NCBI GenBank assembly: GCA_016748015.1
Contig: JAAOMT010000328.1
Coordinates: 248,001 to 312,000, forward strand
DNA: 64,000 nucleotides
Direction: 5' to 3'
DNA from: Geosiphon pyriformis uo1
Taxonomy: Eukaryota; Fungi; Glomeromycota
The position numbers and the translations under genes are program-made. The notes under the pieces were generated by a model that did not search any database, was not told the origin of the DNA, and saw only the letters and a list, made by a program, of their open reading frames with translations. Positions 1 to 11,022 of the stretch are shown here, one piece after another (position 1 is the first letter of the stretch; each line of letters begins with the position of its first letter).

Positions 1-534
1 ATTTATTTTAATAATCAGTGTATTTATTCGAACAATTTAGTTTTATTTATCACCATATTAGAAAAAAGTTTGCATTCATGATTTTTGTTCGTTTTCATTT
101 AAAATTGCGTTTATCTCGATGAATTGTCCATCCAAATTGGCTATTAATGCATAATTATCAAAATACCGAGGCATAAATTTTTATGACTTGAATTGTTCGA
201 TGAAATCCATTAGCTACTAATCATCTAGCACGTCAGCGCAGTTTGATTGAATTGACTAGATTTTTTCCAAGTAAACAAAAAGTATTTAGTATCACGTGCT
301 GTGACCCTCCACTAACCAAAAGTCACCCGGGGTCTCGGGTCCTACAAAGGATCGTATCAAAATTGAATAAATAGCTTTTCTAATACAAACCTCAATGAGG
401 AAACCTTATTTCTGCAAAACAAAACTAAGCGTTTTTTGGATTAAAAACGAGATTTTTTTGAAATCTCCAAGAGTCGATTTATTAATCCCTAACGCTCATG
501 AGCAGTTGCACTAACCTTGTTACGTCTGTTGGGG

Positions 535-3500
535 TTAATGTATCCTGGTAAGTTCTTCCACGGTCTTGAACAGATCTTCTACCGGGTGTCCTGTTTCCAT
601 GGCGATCTGTTCCATTTGTTTACGGCTGAGATCCAGATATGTTTCAATTAGATCTCCATCTAGATACTTGCGAGCTTCTTCAGTTCGACGCTCATTGCGA
701 AAAGCTCGCCACCTTGACAAAATTTTAATATTATATTAGTGCTTTCATTTTCGGAGGGATCTGATCATATGGTGCTCTAATAAATTGTACCGTTCGTGAT
801 TCAAATCCCCGATTCCTTCAATTAATCTCTGCAATGCATCCTGTAGTTTACGTAGAACCGAATGTTTCCTTTCGCTAACCGTGGCAATCACACCTATAGC
901 ACCTGATACTGTGCAATAAAGTAATTCAGGATTTGCAGTTGGATCTGTCTCAGGAAGGTTCATTGCCAATGAACCTGTCAAATGAATTGGAAAAAATTAC
1001 GATCAGCAATTTTAGTTATAGATTCGAGCCCATAAATGCTTTGAAGTATTTTTTATTGTTTTTGAAAAATGTGAAAAGTTTACAAACCATGCCGAAACCG
1101 ATTGACCATATCTCCTATGTGAAATAGACCTATTTCATCTAATTTGCCTCTTTCATCTTCAGATGTCGCGTCAGAATTTTTACGGAGGGTGAAGAGATTG
1201 TAGGATGTATCGCAAGCAACAAAATGGTCATCATCAATGGCTTCCACTGCACTGATCCAATTAAGACTATGATCTTTCGCAATTTCTTCAATTTTTTGTT
1301 CCATAGGCTTGTACAGCAATAAGGTGATAGATCGCATAAGATCCCCCACAATTATGAAGTCACCTCGTGTAATAATACAATATATTAGCGTAAATCCACA
1401 ATAACTGCATATTGGAACAAGATCAAATGTTCCAGAGTCAGGCAATGAATTTAGTTTGTAAACAGTAATCTAAAAAAATATAAAAATTATGATTCACTGA
1501 ACTATTAACAAAAATATTCAAGAATTTTTTTGATACCTTTGCATTTATACTAGCCACCAAATATTGATTCAGAGGAGCCAATGAGTACACTGCCCCCATT
1601 ACTTGAGAAGCAGTGATCAAACGTAATTTACGTGTTTGTGTAGACTCCGTTTTTTCTACTAAAAAAATCAGAATTCGACCTTTACGACAGTCGTCTTGAT
1701 TTGGTATTGAAATAGCTGTCCCAACTGCAAAAAATTCTGCAGCATCTTCGGTCTCATGAAACCTAAGAGTTGTAAGACATTGGACAACCTCCCCGACTTC
1801 CATCATGTGCTGATCAAGCACTGAGAATTAGAATGTTGAATTAATCCTCAAATTACAAAAAAAATTAAATTGCCGCTGAGCTGAACTCACTGTCAAAAGT
1901 GTGGTCATCAAGGATCCTGAAAAAAGAATGCGTTTCTTCATTAATGAATGCTCGGACAGTTAAGACACCAAATGTTGAAGTGCTTTCTTGATAACATATG
2001 CGACGTGGCATTTCGTTTAATGTCACAGTCCGAATATGGAGTTTTGAAATATCATCTATTGTGCCAATAGTCAATCCTTCTTCATGTGAGATCGCCAAGG
2101 CATTTGGAAAGGAGGCCGAATTGAATGGGCACATGTGTGTAACTTCCTGTTTCAAGATGTAATATATTCTGTAGCCATTGAAAACAATAATTATAGAAGC
2201 GAAGATGAATATACCTTGGCGTTAACATTGGAGTATAGCAATTTTTTGTTACTGCTGTAAATCACAGTAGGCCGATCGGACGAGGCAAAAACATTAGTCG
2301 TGCCATTTGACATAAATGTAGTAAGCATAACAGGCTGTGTTCCTAACAACAACTTCCTCTTGTCTCTAAGTTCCTTCTTAATCGGGTCAAGGATAAAATG
2401 TAATAATTGTCCGTCGCCTAATGCCGCTAACAAATAGTGAACATTGTCGAAAGTTGCAAATAAGATTGAGCGTGGAATAACTTGGCCTCCTAAAAATTCT
2501 TTTGCAACTAACTCCAAATCAGGTACAGCTAGTACCGCCACGCTAATTTCTGTCCAAAAGCCTACGGCTACTAAAGATGATTTATAAGGATTTGATGCTT
2601 CAAATGGATTTATACTGAGGCATGAAATTTCATAGGGGAATTTGATTAGTCTAAAAATTATAAAGAAATTAATAAGAATTTTTAGGTTACATGCATATTA
2701 TTAATGAGTAAACATGATTTCATACTGCACTTGAAACAATTCTGTGCCTCTGACTTCCAAATAAATTAGGAGTCCACCACCAAGCGCGACTACTATTTGG
2801 CTAGGGCTCACAGAAGCAACAGTAATTTTACTGCCGTGAAATGGGGGATACCATTGAGATGTGACTATTTGACTTTGAGAATTAATCAATCGTATACTAT
2901 CTTCAGTGATCTGAAGGAAAAAGAAAAAATTTAGTGGATATTAAAGACCTAATTTTGATGCTTTGCTTTTCTTACTTGAACTAGATAATCTCCCAACATA
3001 TTTCCGGTACAAAGGGTCATCTTATTCATCTGAAAATTGCAAAATTCCTCAACTTCATGCATTTCTTCTCCTTCAGTCATTGTCAATACACGTGTTTCTC
3101 CCGTGAAGGAAATAACAATGGTGCTGTCATTTCTGAAAAAAGAAGATATATATTAAGAAACCAAAACTTGAAATTATTTTACTTGTTCAAAAAGGAAAAA
3201 GAATACAGACTCTGAATCAAAATTTGAACGCAATGACCATAAACCACGAATGCCCCTCATCTCGAGCATGGCTTGTTCTGTTATTCCTACGCCATTGCGG
3301 ATAATCCTCAAAGTTCCGTCTTGAAATGCCCCGGAACATGTTACAATTTGTCCCTAAAAAGCATATGTTGCTTTGAAATGAGATATTGGTTAAGGTGAGG
3401 ATTCAAAAGATAATAAAATTACCTGTCCTTGTCTCTCCAAATCCACGACACAAAAATCAGCAATAGGAGCTAGGTTGGTAAATCTCTCAAAAACATCAAA

Positions 3501-5193
3501 GTACCACCCAAGCTCATCGGGTTGAGGACGCAACTTTATTAACAAAGAGTCATGAAAATGGGATCCAACAAAGGCGAATCCATTGTCTAGGTAAGCTATG
3601 CATTGAGAGATGGATGTCTAATATTTACGGAAGATTGATAAATTTTAGAACTGAATAAATTAGGAGTTCGGTGAATCACAAAAGATTTTACCTTCCCAAG
3701 AAACTCTACGTTCATATCTCCATCCTCACTCATAATTAATAGATGCAAATCTCCTTTGTCATCCCCGATAAAATATCTTGAGCCATCTTGATCAATTCGA
3801 GCTACTCTATAATTGATATCCGAAAAAAGCATGAAATTTTTTTTCAAAGCCTGGGTCACATAATTACTTGATTTTAAAATAATTGGCTAGTCTTGATATA
3901 AATCAAGAATTTTTGGCTGTAGTGAGTATATGTCGATAAATTTGAGAAGTAACTTACGCTCTTATAGGCATGGCCTTTGACAACATGTGATCTCTTTCAT
4001 TAAATTCTTTATTAAAGAAGGTAATCTTTAAGTCGGAAAAGGTAATAAAACCGCCTGTGCAATAGAATGAATTTATGCTGATAAAAAAGATAACCATATG
4101 ATACTCCCAACAACATTATCTGATTTCTATTTACCTGTTGGAAAAGCTGCAATGGCTAAAACATTTCCGGCATCATCTAAGTGAAAAGGCCCAGTAGAAA
4201 ACTCTTCTTCTCTTAAATGTACAAAATATGTCTTGAGTTTAGGAATCCCATAAACATCTAAATAGAGTATCAACAGCGTGGGGACTGGAGTTTGATGTAG
4301 AAATTCGATTTTGCTTATTTGTAATTCTTCAAGTCTAAAAATAGCATCATGAAAATTTTGTACTAAGAGTTCATACAATATTACCAAGAATATCAGAATA
4401 CACAAACTTACCTTAAATTGAAGGCGTCTTTTGGTTGACCTGGCTGGGACGGTTCTTTGTAGCTCGGTAGGCCTTTCAAAGTAACTCTTTTCTTTGCACC
4501 AGTCGCTGTTTCCAAAGGTATGACCTTAAAGATACCTTGATATATATGTAGACCAATCAAGCGACATTCCGGATCGATTGCACATAATTGCCCAGATTCT
4601 ACAGGAGTTCCTACTGTTTGTGATAAGTCGCCAGTTCCTTCAGTTACTATGCTATCAGTTGTTGGATCAAATGAAATTACGAAAAACTGATAAGATTCTG
4701 TGGTAACGAATAAAAGATCGGTTTTCCGACCCTTTTGAAATAGCAAAAAGAATCAGTATCGTTAAAGCAAAAAAGGAAATAAAAGGATTAACAGGGGCTG
4801 AAGGGCGAAGTCTATCAGAAGACGCGAATCAGACGCTGAAATTTGTGATTTTTTGGGCCCTAAAGTTTATGATTAGACCTTTTCAAAGAGTTCAAAATAC
4901 CTTTTGAGCTTACCTCGGGGTGAAATAATAACATGCAAGCAATTCGATCATAAACAGGAAAATCAAAAAAGGACTTGAGCCCTTCAGGTGCCAAAATGTA
5001 TATTTCTATGCGCGTCAGTTTCCTTGGGAAATAATTTTATCAAAAATGAGTGATAGGGTTTTTCAATTTCTCCCAAGTTAAAATCAAAATCATACTGAAT
5101 AATTAGATTTGTAACGTCGGGGGAAGTGAAGCTTCCTGTTGCGAGCCCAAGGATTGTGCTTGGTTTATGTGCTGTGACAACATAGTTCCACAT
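535..5193 (-). CDS. DDB1: DNA damage-binding protein 1 (CUL4 adaptor), multi-exon
   Basis: Exons give [124 protein letters not shown] and C-terminal [13 protein letters not shown]...VEELTRIH. They are separated by short GT-AG introns. Confidence 0.96.
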
Positions 5194-5364
5194 TTTTGCA
5201 TTTGCCTAATAATTCTAAAACTTCAAGAATTTCTGGTTGGGAAATAATAGTCGGAAAAGACTAGCCACGGCTTCCAAATTTTTTACACATGATTTACAGA
5301 TAAAAAATTGATTGATCAATTGTTAAACAGGTTGTCATCTAATTTACTATTCCTGCGGGTAGAT
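5194..5364. promoter_or_regulatory. Putative bidirectional promoter between DDB1 and the telobox Myb gene
   Basis: Head-to-head start codons only 171 bp apart. Confidence 0.6.
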
Positions 5365-6457
5365 ATGTCTGCTGAACGAGCAACCTCTGCTGAGTTTGCC
5401 GATTCACCTCTGTCTCCACTTCGTCCTCGTCGAAAATGGACTCCAGAGGAAACTTCGCAACTCGTTGATGGCTGTTACACTGTTTGTCGTTTTAAGAAAA
5501 CTTTGCATTTAATATTTTAGTGATTATTCACTGACAACGTTGCATGTCTGGCTTTCAACTGTCCACTACATTTTCACTCTCCGCTTGGTCTTCTAGCATG
5601 GTGTTGGATCATGGAAAAAAATCCTTGATGATCCGCAATATAACTTCAATAATCGAAGGGCTGTTGACTTGAAAGACAGGTTAGCATAAAAGCTCCTCAG
5701 ACGATTAATTTATCTCCTTGGTTGATACCGTCAACCTTTACCCTCTTGTCAATTTCATTTAAAAAGCATCTGAAGTTTTTTCTCATGTCTTTTGATCGTA
5801 CAATACAAGATTTCGTGTTCTCTTTCCTCAAGAATATCAACGTTTGTATGGTGCACAGGATCGAGGTGTAGGCCGAGTCGCCGAAGAATACAATTTGCCC
5901 TCTCAGCCTCCGCCATTCCGGCGTACACCCAGACGTGGCAAAAGTCATTTTACTGCAGAGGAAGATGCTGCGTTAATTCGAGGCCTTACACTGGTAAGTC
6001 TGCTAACAAATACTGGTATACTTTTCAAGTTTGAAGAACCTTTGTACCGAATAAGTCCCATACAACCAAGTATTCGTCTTTGCATTATTCTGTATATTCT
6101 GCTCCTTTGATTTTTTGTTTTTACATGGGTAAAAAGCATGGTCGTGCTTGGACCAAAATTGCTCAAGACGTTAATATAGGTTTGACTCATAGAAGAGGAA
6201 GTGACCTTAAAGACCGGTATTACTCATTATTTTATGATTTCCATTTTGCTCAATGTCCTATTAATTATATTTAATAAATTCACAGATGTCGAAACGCTTT
6301 TCCCGAAAAATACTCTCGATTGGGTTTTCGCCCTAAAAAAATGTATCAAATTGAACGTGAGAAGGAAATATTTAACACCTCACGTATATCTGATGATTCT
6401 CCCACTTTGCAAAATGATTCATTGTATTTACAACATGACGGCGTACCCCCTCGATGA
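5365..6457 (+). CDS. Double Myb/telobox protein, TRF-like (Tay1/Teb1 type), 5 exons
   Basis: Spliced translation: RRKWTPEETSQLVDGCYT|HGVGSWKKILDDPQYNFNNRRAVDLKDR|FRVLFP...HFTAEEDAALIRGLTL|HGRAWTKIAQDVNIGLTHRRGSDLKDR|CRNAFPEKYSRLGF...TGA at 6455-6457. Two DLKDR telobox motifs. Confidence 0.88.
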
Positions 6458-6836
6458 TAGAAATTAAAAGAATGGATCTCTATTAAGATATATTTATAAA
6501 ATAGTCATCTCCCCTTACATTCAAGTTTATAAATTTTTTATGTATTTGAATCGTTGAGAGATCACAGCCGATATTAGATTTGTACTAATATGTAATTGTT
6601 ATTGTCTAATTTTTTTGAGGCGCGAAAGAAACAACTGAATGGGCAATACTAAATACAAGAAAAGAAAGATACGTATCAATTTCAAACTAATTCACTAATA
6701 ACTTAATTTCTCTAAAATATGACCAAGCGTGTCTACCAAACCAAGAACCTGAAGGTTACCTTGAAGAGACCTACATTAAACTTAATATCAAAGATCAATA
6801 AATTCCTTTGAGCTACGCAGCACAGTATATAAACCT

Positions 6837-7589
6837 TTATCGCTCTTCACACCATTCATTCTCCCTGCGAACTTGTTCCTCCTCTTCAGGGGTAAAATCA
6901 TTTTGAATATTAAATGTTTTTCGAAGTTCCTCAGGGGATTTGCCTTTAATCATATTAGCTACAGTTTTACAGGTAAGGTCCAGAAGGGGTTTGATATCAA
7001 GGTAATTTGCCGCCTTCATAAAAACTTGATTAGTAACAAAATTTCATTAAATATCATTCCACAGTAAAATTATGTTTACCAAAATAAGTTCAAACAAAGT
7101 TCCCTGGTCGACTTTACAGAATTCGCTGTCCCAATCCCCGATGTGGTCACTTAGTTTCTTGCTTTCATCGTCTTGATTAACCACGGGATCATCGCGATGA
7201 TGTGTACAGTATTCGATTACTTTCGTGAGGATCGGCCCAGTCACATTTGCCAATGGAATGGCTGATTTTGTTTCGAAATCCCAGTAATAATTAATATCAA
7301 AAGCCTTATATCGGAGGATAAACCTTTAAGAACTCTGGGGTGAAAAGCTCAAAGTGTAGAACTGGAAACTAATTTACTGGAAGATAATTGGTGTTCTTTC
7401 AGTTAAGGGAAATTCATAGAATAAATTGGTCAACTTACGCATATCACTCTCGCCCACATCTTCTAGCATGTTTTTCAACAAGATTGACTTCTCGCCGACA
7501 TCTCTATCTACCAGGAATTCGGTACCTTCAGATGAGGTGAGTTTGATTTTTCTCGGATCTCCTGTAGTGTGATTACCAGTTGTCCCCAT
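6837..7589 (-). CDS. SKP1: SCF E3 ligase adaptor Skp1, 3 exons
   Basis: [14 protein letters not shown]...LKNMLEDVG; [21 protein letters not shown]; [18 protein letters not shown]|[58 protein letters not shown]. Confidence 0.97.
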
Positions 7590-7824
7590 ATGAGCAGATA
7601 GGAAGAGTATTTTTGGTTTTGAATAAAACAGTGAACCGACTAAGTATGTATGGAGCAACTTTTTTTTCTCGCGGAATTAAAGGAGCTTAAGAATAAATTA
7701 GGACTTCAGTACTTTGATTTGCTTAATAATGCCTATCAATAAAAATACTAATCAGTGGCTAAGTAATGCTTATCAGATTCAAAATCGTGAAATTAAACTT
7801 CTCAAAATGCTGAGACCCCTACTC

Positions 7825-8153
7825 CACCTCCTCTATACCCATGTCTAATTCAAAGCAAAAAGAGGATCTTAAGCGACAAAAACAACGTCTCGTTCGATTC
7901 CCGAGACGAGCTTGACAGCAATATCGGCTCTGGCGTTAACTTCAAGCGCCAAGGGCTTAAGACCCTAATGGAACGATCAAGTCTTAGAGGTTGCCATTAC
8001 CCGCTGTGATCGGCTCTGCGTGTTTGCCTTTGACCTCTTCCAATATATTTTCTTGATGAGACCTCTGGCAGGCACAAATTCTTCTAGTAAATTCTTGCTG
8101 TCAATACAGTCTTCATTTGCCGCATGCAGGAAAGGAGAGCTTCTCGCTATTGA
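7825..8153 (+). pseudogene. tnpA: IS607-family serine recombinase (TnpA) pseudogene
   Basis: LLYTHV*..SKQKEDLKRQKQRL, NIGSGVNFKRQGLKTLME, EVAITRCDRLCVFAFDLFQYIF and ILAVNTVFICRMQERR match the IS607 TnpA motifs YARVSS-KQK-DL-RQ, DIGSG-NF-R-GL, DRL-RF-F and TVFS-R--G-R. The N-terminal HTH is not seen. Confidence 0.85.
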
Positions 8154-9416
8154 AGGGAACGCAGGAACAAAAAGCGCAAGGGAAAGGCAACAGCAACCCA
8201 TGGGAAACGCCAGAAGACAGAAGGCATTCTCAATCGCATGTTACTAGTCAAGATATATCACTATTTTCAGGAGCTTGGCGAGATTTGCCTTTAATACTGT
8301 AGTGGGATGGAACAAAAGGCGTCCCATCATTATGAAACAATATGGTATCATGGAACAGGGATGGTTAAAACCTATGATGTCTCAACAAAAACGTCTGCTC
8401 TTAAGAGGTTACTTAGGCTCAGCTCCTGCCAAAATCACAGACGAAGCGATTGATCAAGTATTGGTTCCGCGAAAGGAAATTATTAAACGTAATGCACAGC
8501 GACAACAAGGTGCATCAACAAATTATCTTGTTTTTCAATCTCGTAAGGCACTGTATCACACCATGATAATTCATGCTCGGAACTTTGCCAAATTATCTTA
8601 GAGTCGCTTCTATCTATCTTACCTTCACACTCCAGCAATTATGCAGATGTACATCGATACAAGGTAAAGATAATGAATTTTTTATGTTTTTTAAATTGTT
8701 TTACATCATTATTTATGTCACTTTATGCCATTTTTATTTCAAAGGATAAACATGTATTATGACCTCTTGACTTCAAAAAAAAAGCGTAAAAATAACAAAT
8801 GGTCTAATCCAGATTGCAAGCTCACTAACATTCGCAAAACTAAGGAGTGGAGGTATACGAGACGTGAAAACAGCTCCGCAGATGGCTCTGTTCATGCAGT
8901 CTCCATAGATCCTGGCATTCGCACTCCATTTACATGATATTTCCCAACAAAAGGTGTAGGTAAAATAGGCTCTTGTGACATCAAAGAAAGATGAATTAAA
9001 TACCTCAAAACGTAAGAAAGCTAAAGCCAGAAGATTAGAAAAGGCGATTGGGTGTATGCATCAAAAGATCTTACACTTGCAGTCAGAAATACACAGAAAG
9101 GCTGCTGCATTTTTCACTCACGAATTTGATGCTATTGTCATTCCCTTTGTGGTATCTGACATGATGAAAAACGAGAAAGAGGTCAAGACAGAAGAATTGG
9201 GAGTCCGATTTATCATCCAAAATGAGGCTTATACTTTTAAAACTTTTTAGCTGATGTGGAAATATCCAAGGAATCGGAGGATCTGAGGTGTACAGCCGTT
9301 GGAATTGTAAGCTTGTTATGAATAGAGATCTTCCTCCGGGGATTGCTTGGTCGTACAGTGACCATGCAGGAAATAATAGTATTACCTATAATTGATCCAT
9401 TCCGTATAACACTATA
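8154..9416 (+). pseudogene. Fanzor2/TnpB RNA-guided nuclease pseudogene
   Basis: RMLLVKIY..LARFAFN (TnpB N-terminus); VSIDPGIRTPFT (RuvC-I, Asp codon at 8908); IHRKAAAFFTHEFDAIVIPF (Pro at the canonical Glu site); QNEAYTFKT (relocated Glu at 9224); CGNIQGIGGSEVYSRWNCKLVMNRD (zinc finger + RuvC-III Asp at 9327); IFLRGLL tail. Confidence 0.88.
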
Positions 9417-9639
9417 AATAATATGATATCATTGATTAAAAACTATCACAACGCAGCAAATGATACACCCCCTGCTTGAGCCTGGGCAGGTCACTTAGAA
9501 GTTATGCCTAATTAATGTAATTGGTTATAAATAAAATATTTTCGAACAGATCATATATTCTAATATGATTTACTTGATTGCATACATCTGTAATTTTCTA
9601 GCTTTCTTTCTACTGCTCAATAGAGTACTTATTTCGTAA

Positions 9640-10289
9640 ATGTCACAACCTTCGCTAGCAAAATACATCAAGAAAAGCCCTTTTCTAACTGGGCTCTTGA
9701 AACCTGTTGCTAACTGGTACGCAAACGCTGCCGGTTATAGAAAATATGGTAATTCTAAGAAGCTAAATACTTTTTGGTGTAAATAACCAGTTACTTCCTC
9801 CTTACTGAGTCTTTTCCTTCAAAAATTCACTGAATTCATTAAATTAAAAAGGTAAAAAACCGTGTTCAGCAAATTGTATTTAAAGAAGTTGATTTCATTT
9901 TTATGAATCACTGCTTACAATCCACTTTGATCCATGGAATAATCATAAAGGCCTAAGATATGATGACCTTTTGATTGACGAAAGTGAAACTGTCCAAAAG
10001 GCCTTAAAGCGGCTCTCACCCGAGGAGACTGCTATGCGCACCTTACGTTATCGTAGGGCGTTTCAGTTGTCTATAGAACATCATGTTTTACCAAAGGAGA
10101 AATGGACTAAGCCTGAAGAGGTATGTTCAAAATTTGTCTAAAAATGTTCAAGAAAATTACGGAAAAAAATTAACTACTTTCGTCCCAATTAAAAAGGATA
10201 TAAGATATCTCACCCCTTTTGTTGAACAAGTCGCAGCAGAAGAAGCCGAACGTGAGGCATTTGAGGCATTGAAAATTATCAAGAAGTGA
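9640..10289 (+). CDS. QCR7: Cytochrome b-c1 complex subunit 7, 3 exons
   Basis: [10 protein letters not shown]...[16 protein letters not shown]|[22 protein letters not shown]...[22 protein letters not shown]|[23 protein letters not shown]. Confidence 0.95.
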
Positions 10290-10863
10290 AGATTATCATT
10301 AAATGAACATTAGATAAACAACAATATAAAAACAGATATTCGTGACTGTATAATTAAAACTTTGAGGAATATAAGGTAGGAAAGATATATTTGCTACTTT
10401 CTATGAAATATTTAATAAAGCCCACAGAATTCAATTCTCATGGTCGTTTTCAGAATTTGAAAAAAAACTCCTGGTTTTTTATTTTATTTCAGCTTAAGTT
10501 TAGATGTATTAGTTGATCGGGTGCTTAGTTTCTTCTGAACGTTTGAAAGTGATCTAATGTAATATTGTGAGTCTTTGGATATCAGAGACCCAATTTCTTT
10601 TATTTACATAAAGAAAACTTCGGGCAAGGTTTAGCCAGAATATCTTTTTAGCACGTAGCAAGGTTCTACTCTCCCCGTTTTGCAATCTAATATTCGTGTC
10701 ATTTTAACTTTGATTCCCAAAAATGAAAAGTTGGATTTTTAACCGAATTATCATGTTCCAGGTGTTTACCTATATTAAAAGTGGTCAAAGTAATAAATTC
10801 CTTGAACATTAGTATGGCGGAGTATGACACAAAAACTTAGCGAGTACAGGCGATAATCGGCTA

Positions 10864-10916
10864 TGAGTCAAGAGATTGCGCAATCGACTGTGTAACACTG
10901 AGTTCGATTATATAAA
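10864..10916 (+). promoter_or_regulatory. Promoter of the sulfite reductase gene: bZIP sites plus TATA box
   Basis: TGAGTCA (Gcn4/AP-1 type) at 10864-10870, perfect palindrome GATTGCGCAATC at 10874-10885, and TATATAAA at 10909-10916, about 110 bp upstream of the ATG. Confidence 0.6.
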
Positions 10917-11022
10917 TACGTAAAATTTTTGGCCACTATTCCAATTCCTTTGCCACCATAGGGTTCTCTTAGCTAATTAATCCTAGAAAAATTAGTATAA
11001 AAACCACAAAATAAGTCTTAAA

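Larger units (their letters stand above)
7700..9450 (+). mobile_element. Decayed IS607-like eukaryotic transposon (serine recombinase + Fanzor2/TnpB); ends approximate
   Basis: TnpA-like serine resolvase remnants are followed directly by TnpB/Fanzor RuvC and zinc-finger remnants. TATCA-containing repeats flank both sides. Several stops, frameshifts and deletions. Confidence 0.85.

Noticed and set aside
290-355. GC-richer patch with CACGTG and short inverted repeats (GTGAC...GTCAC)
   Set aside because: No tRNA or ncRNA hallmarks. It may be a promoter of a gene outside the window, but this cannot be supported.
535-7589. DDB1 and SKP1, both cullin-ligase adaptors, as a functional cluster
   Set aside because: Proximity alone is not evidence and cannot be judged without synteny data.
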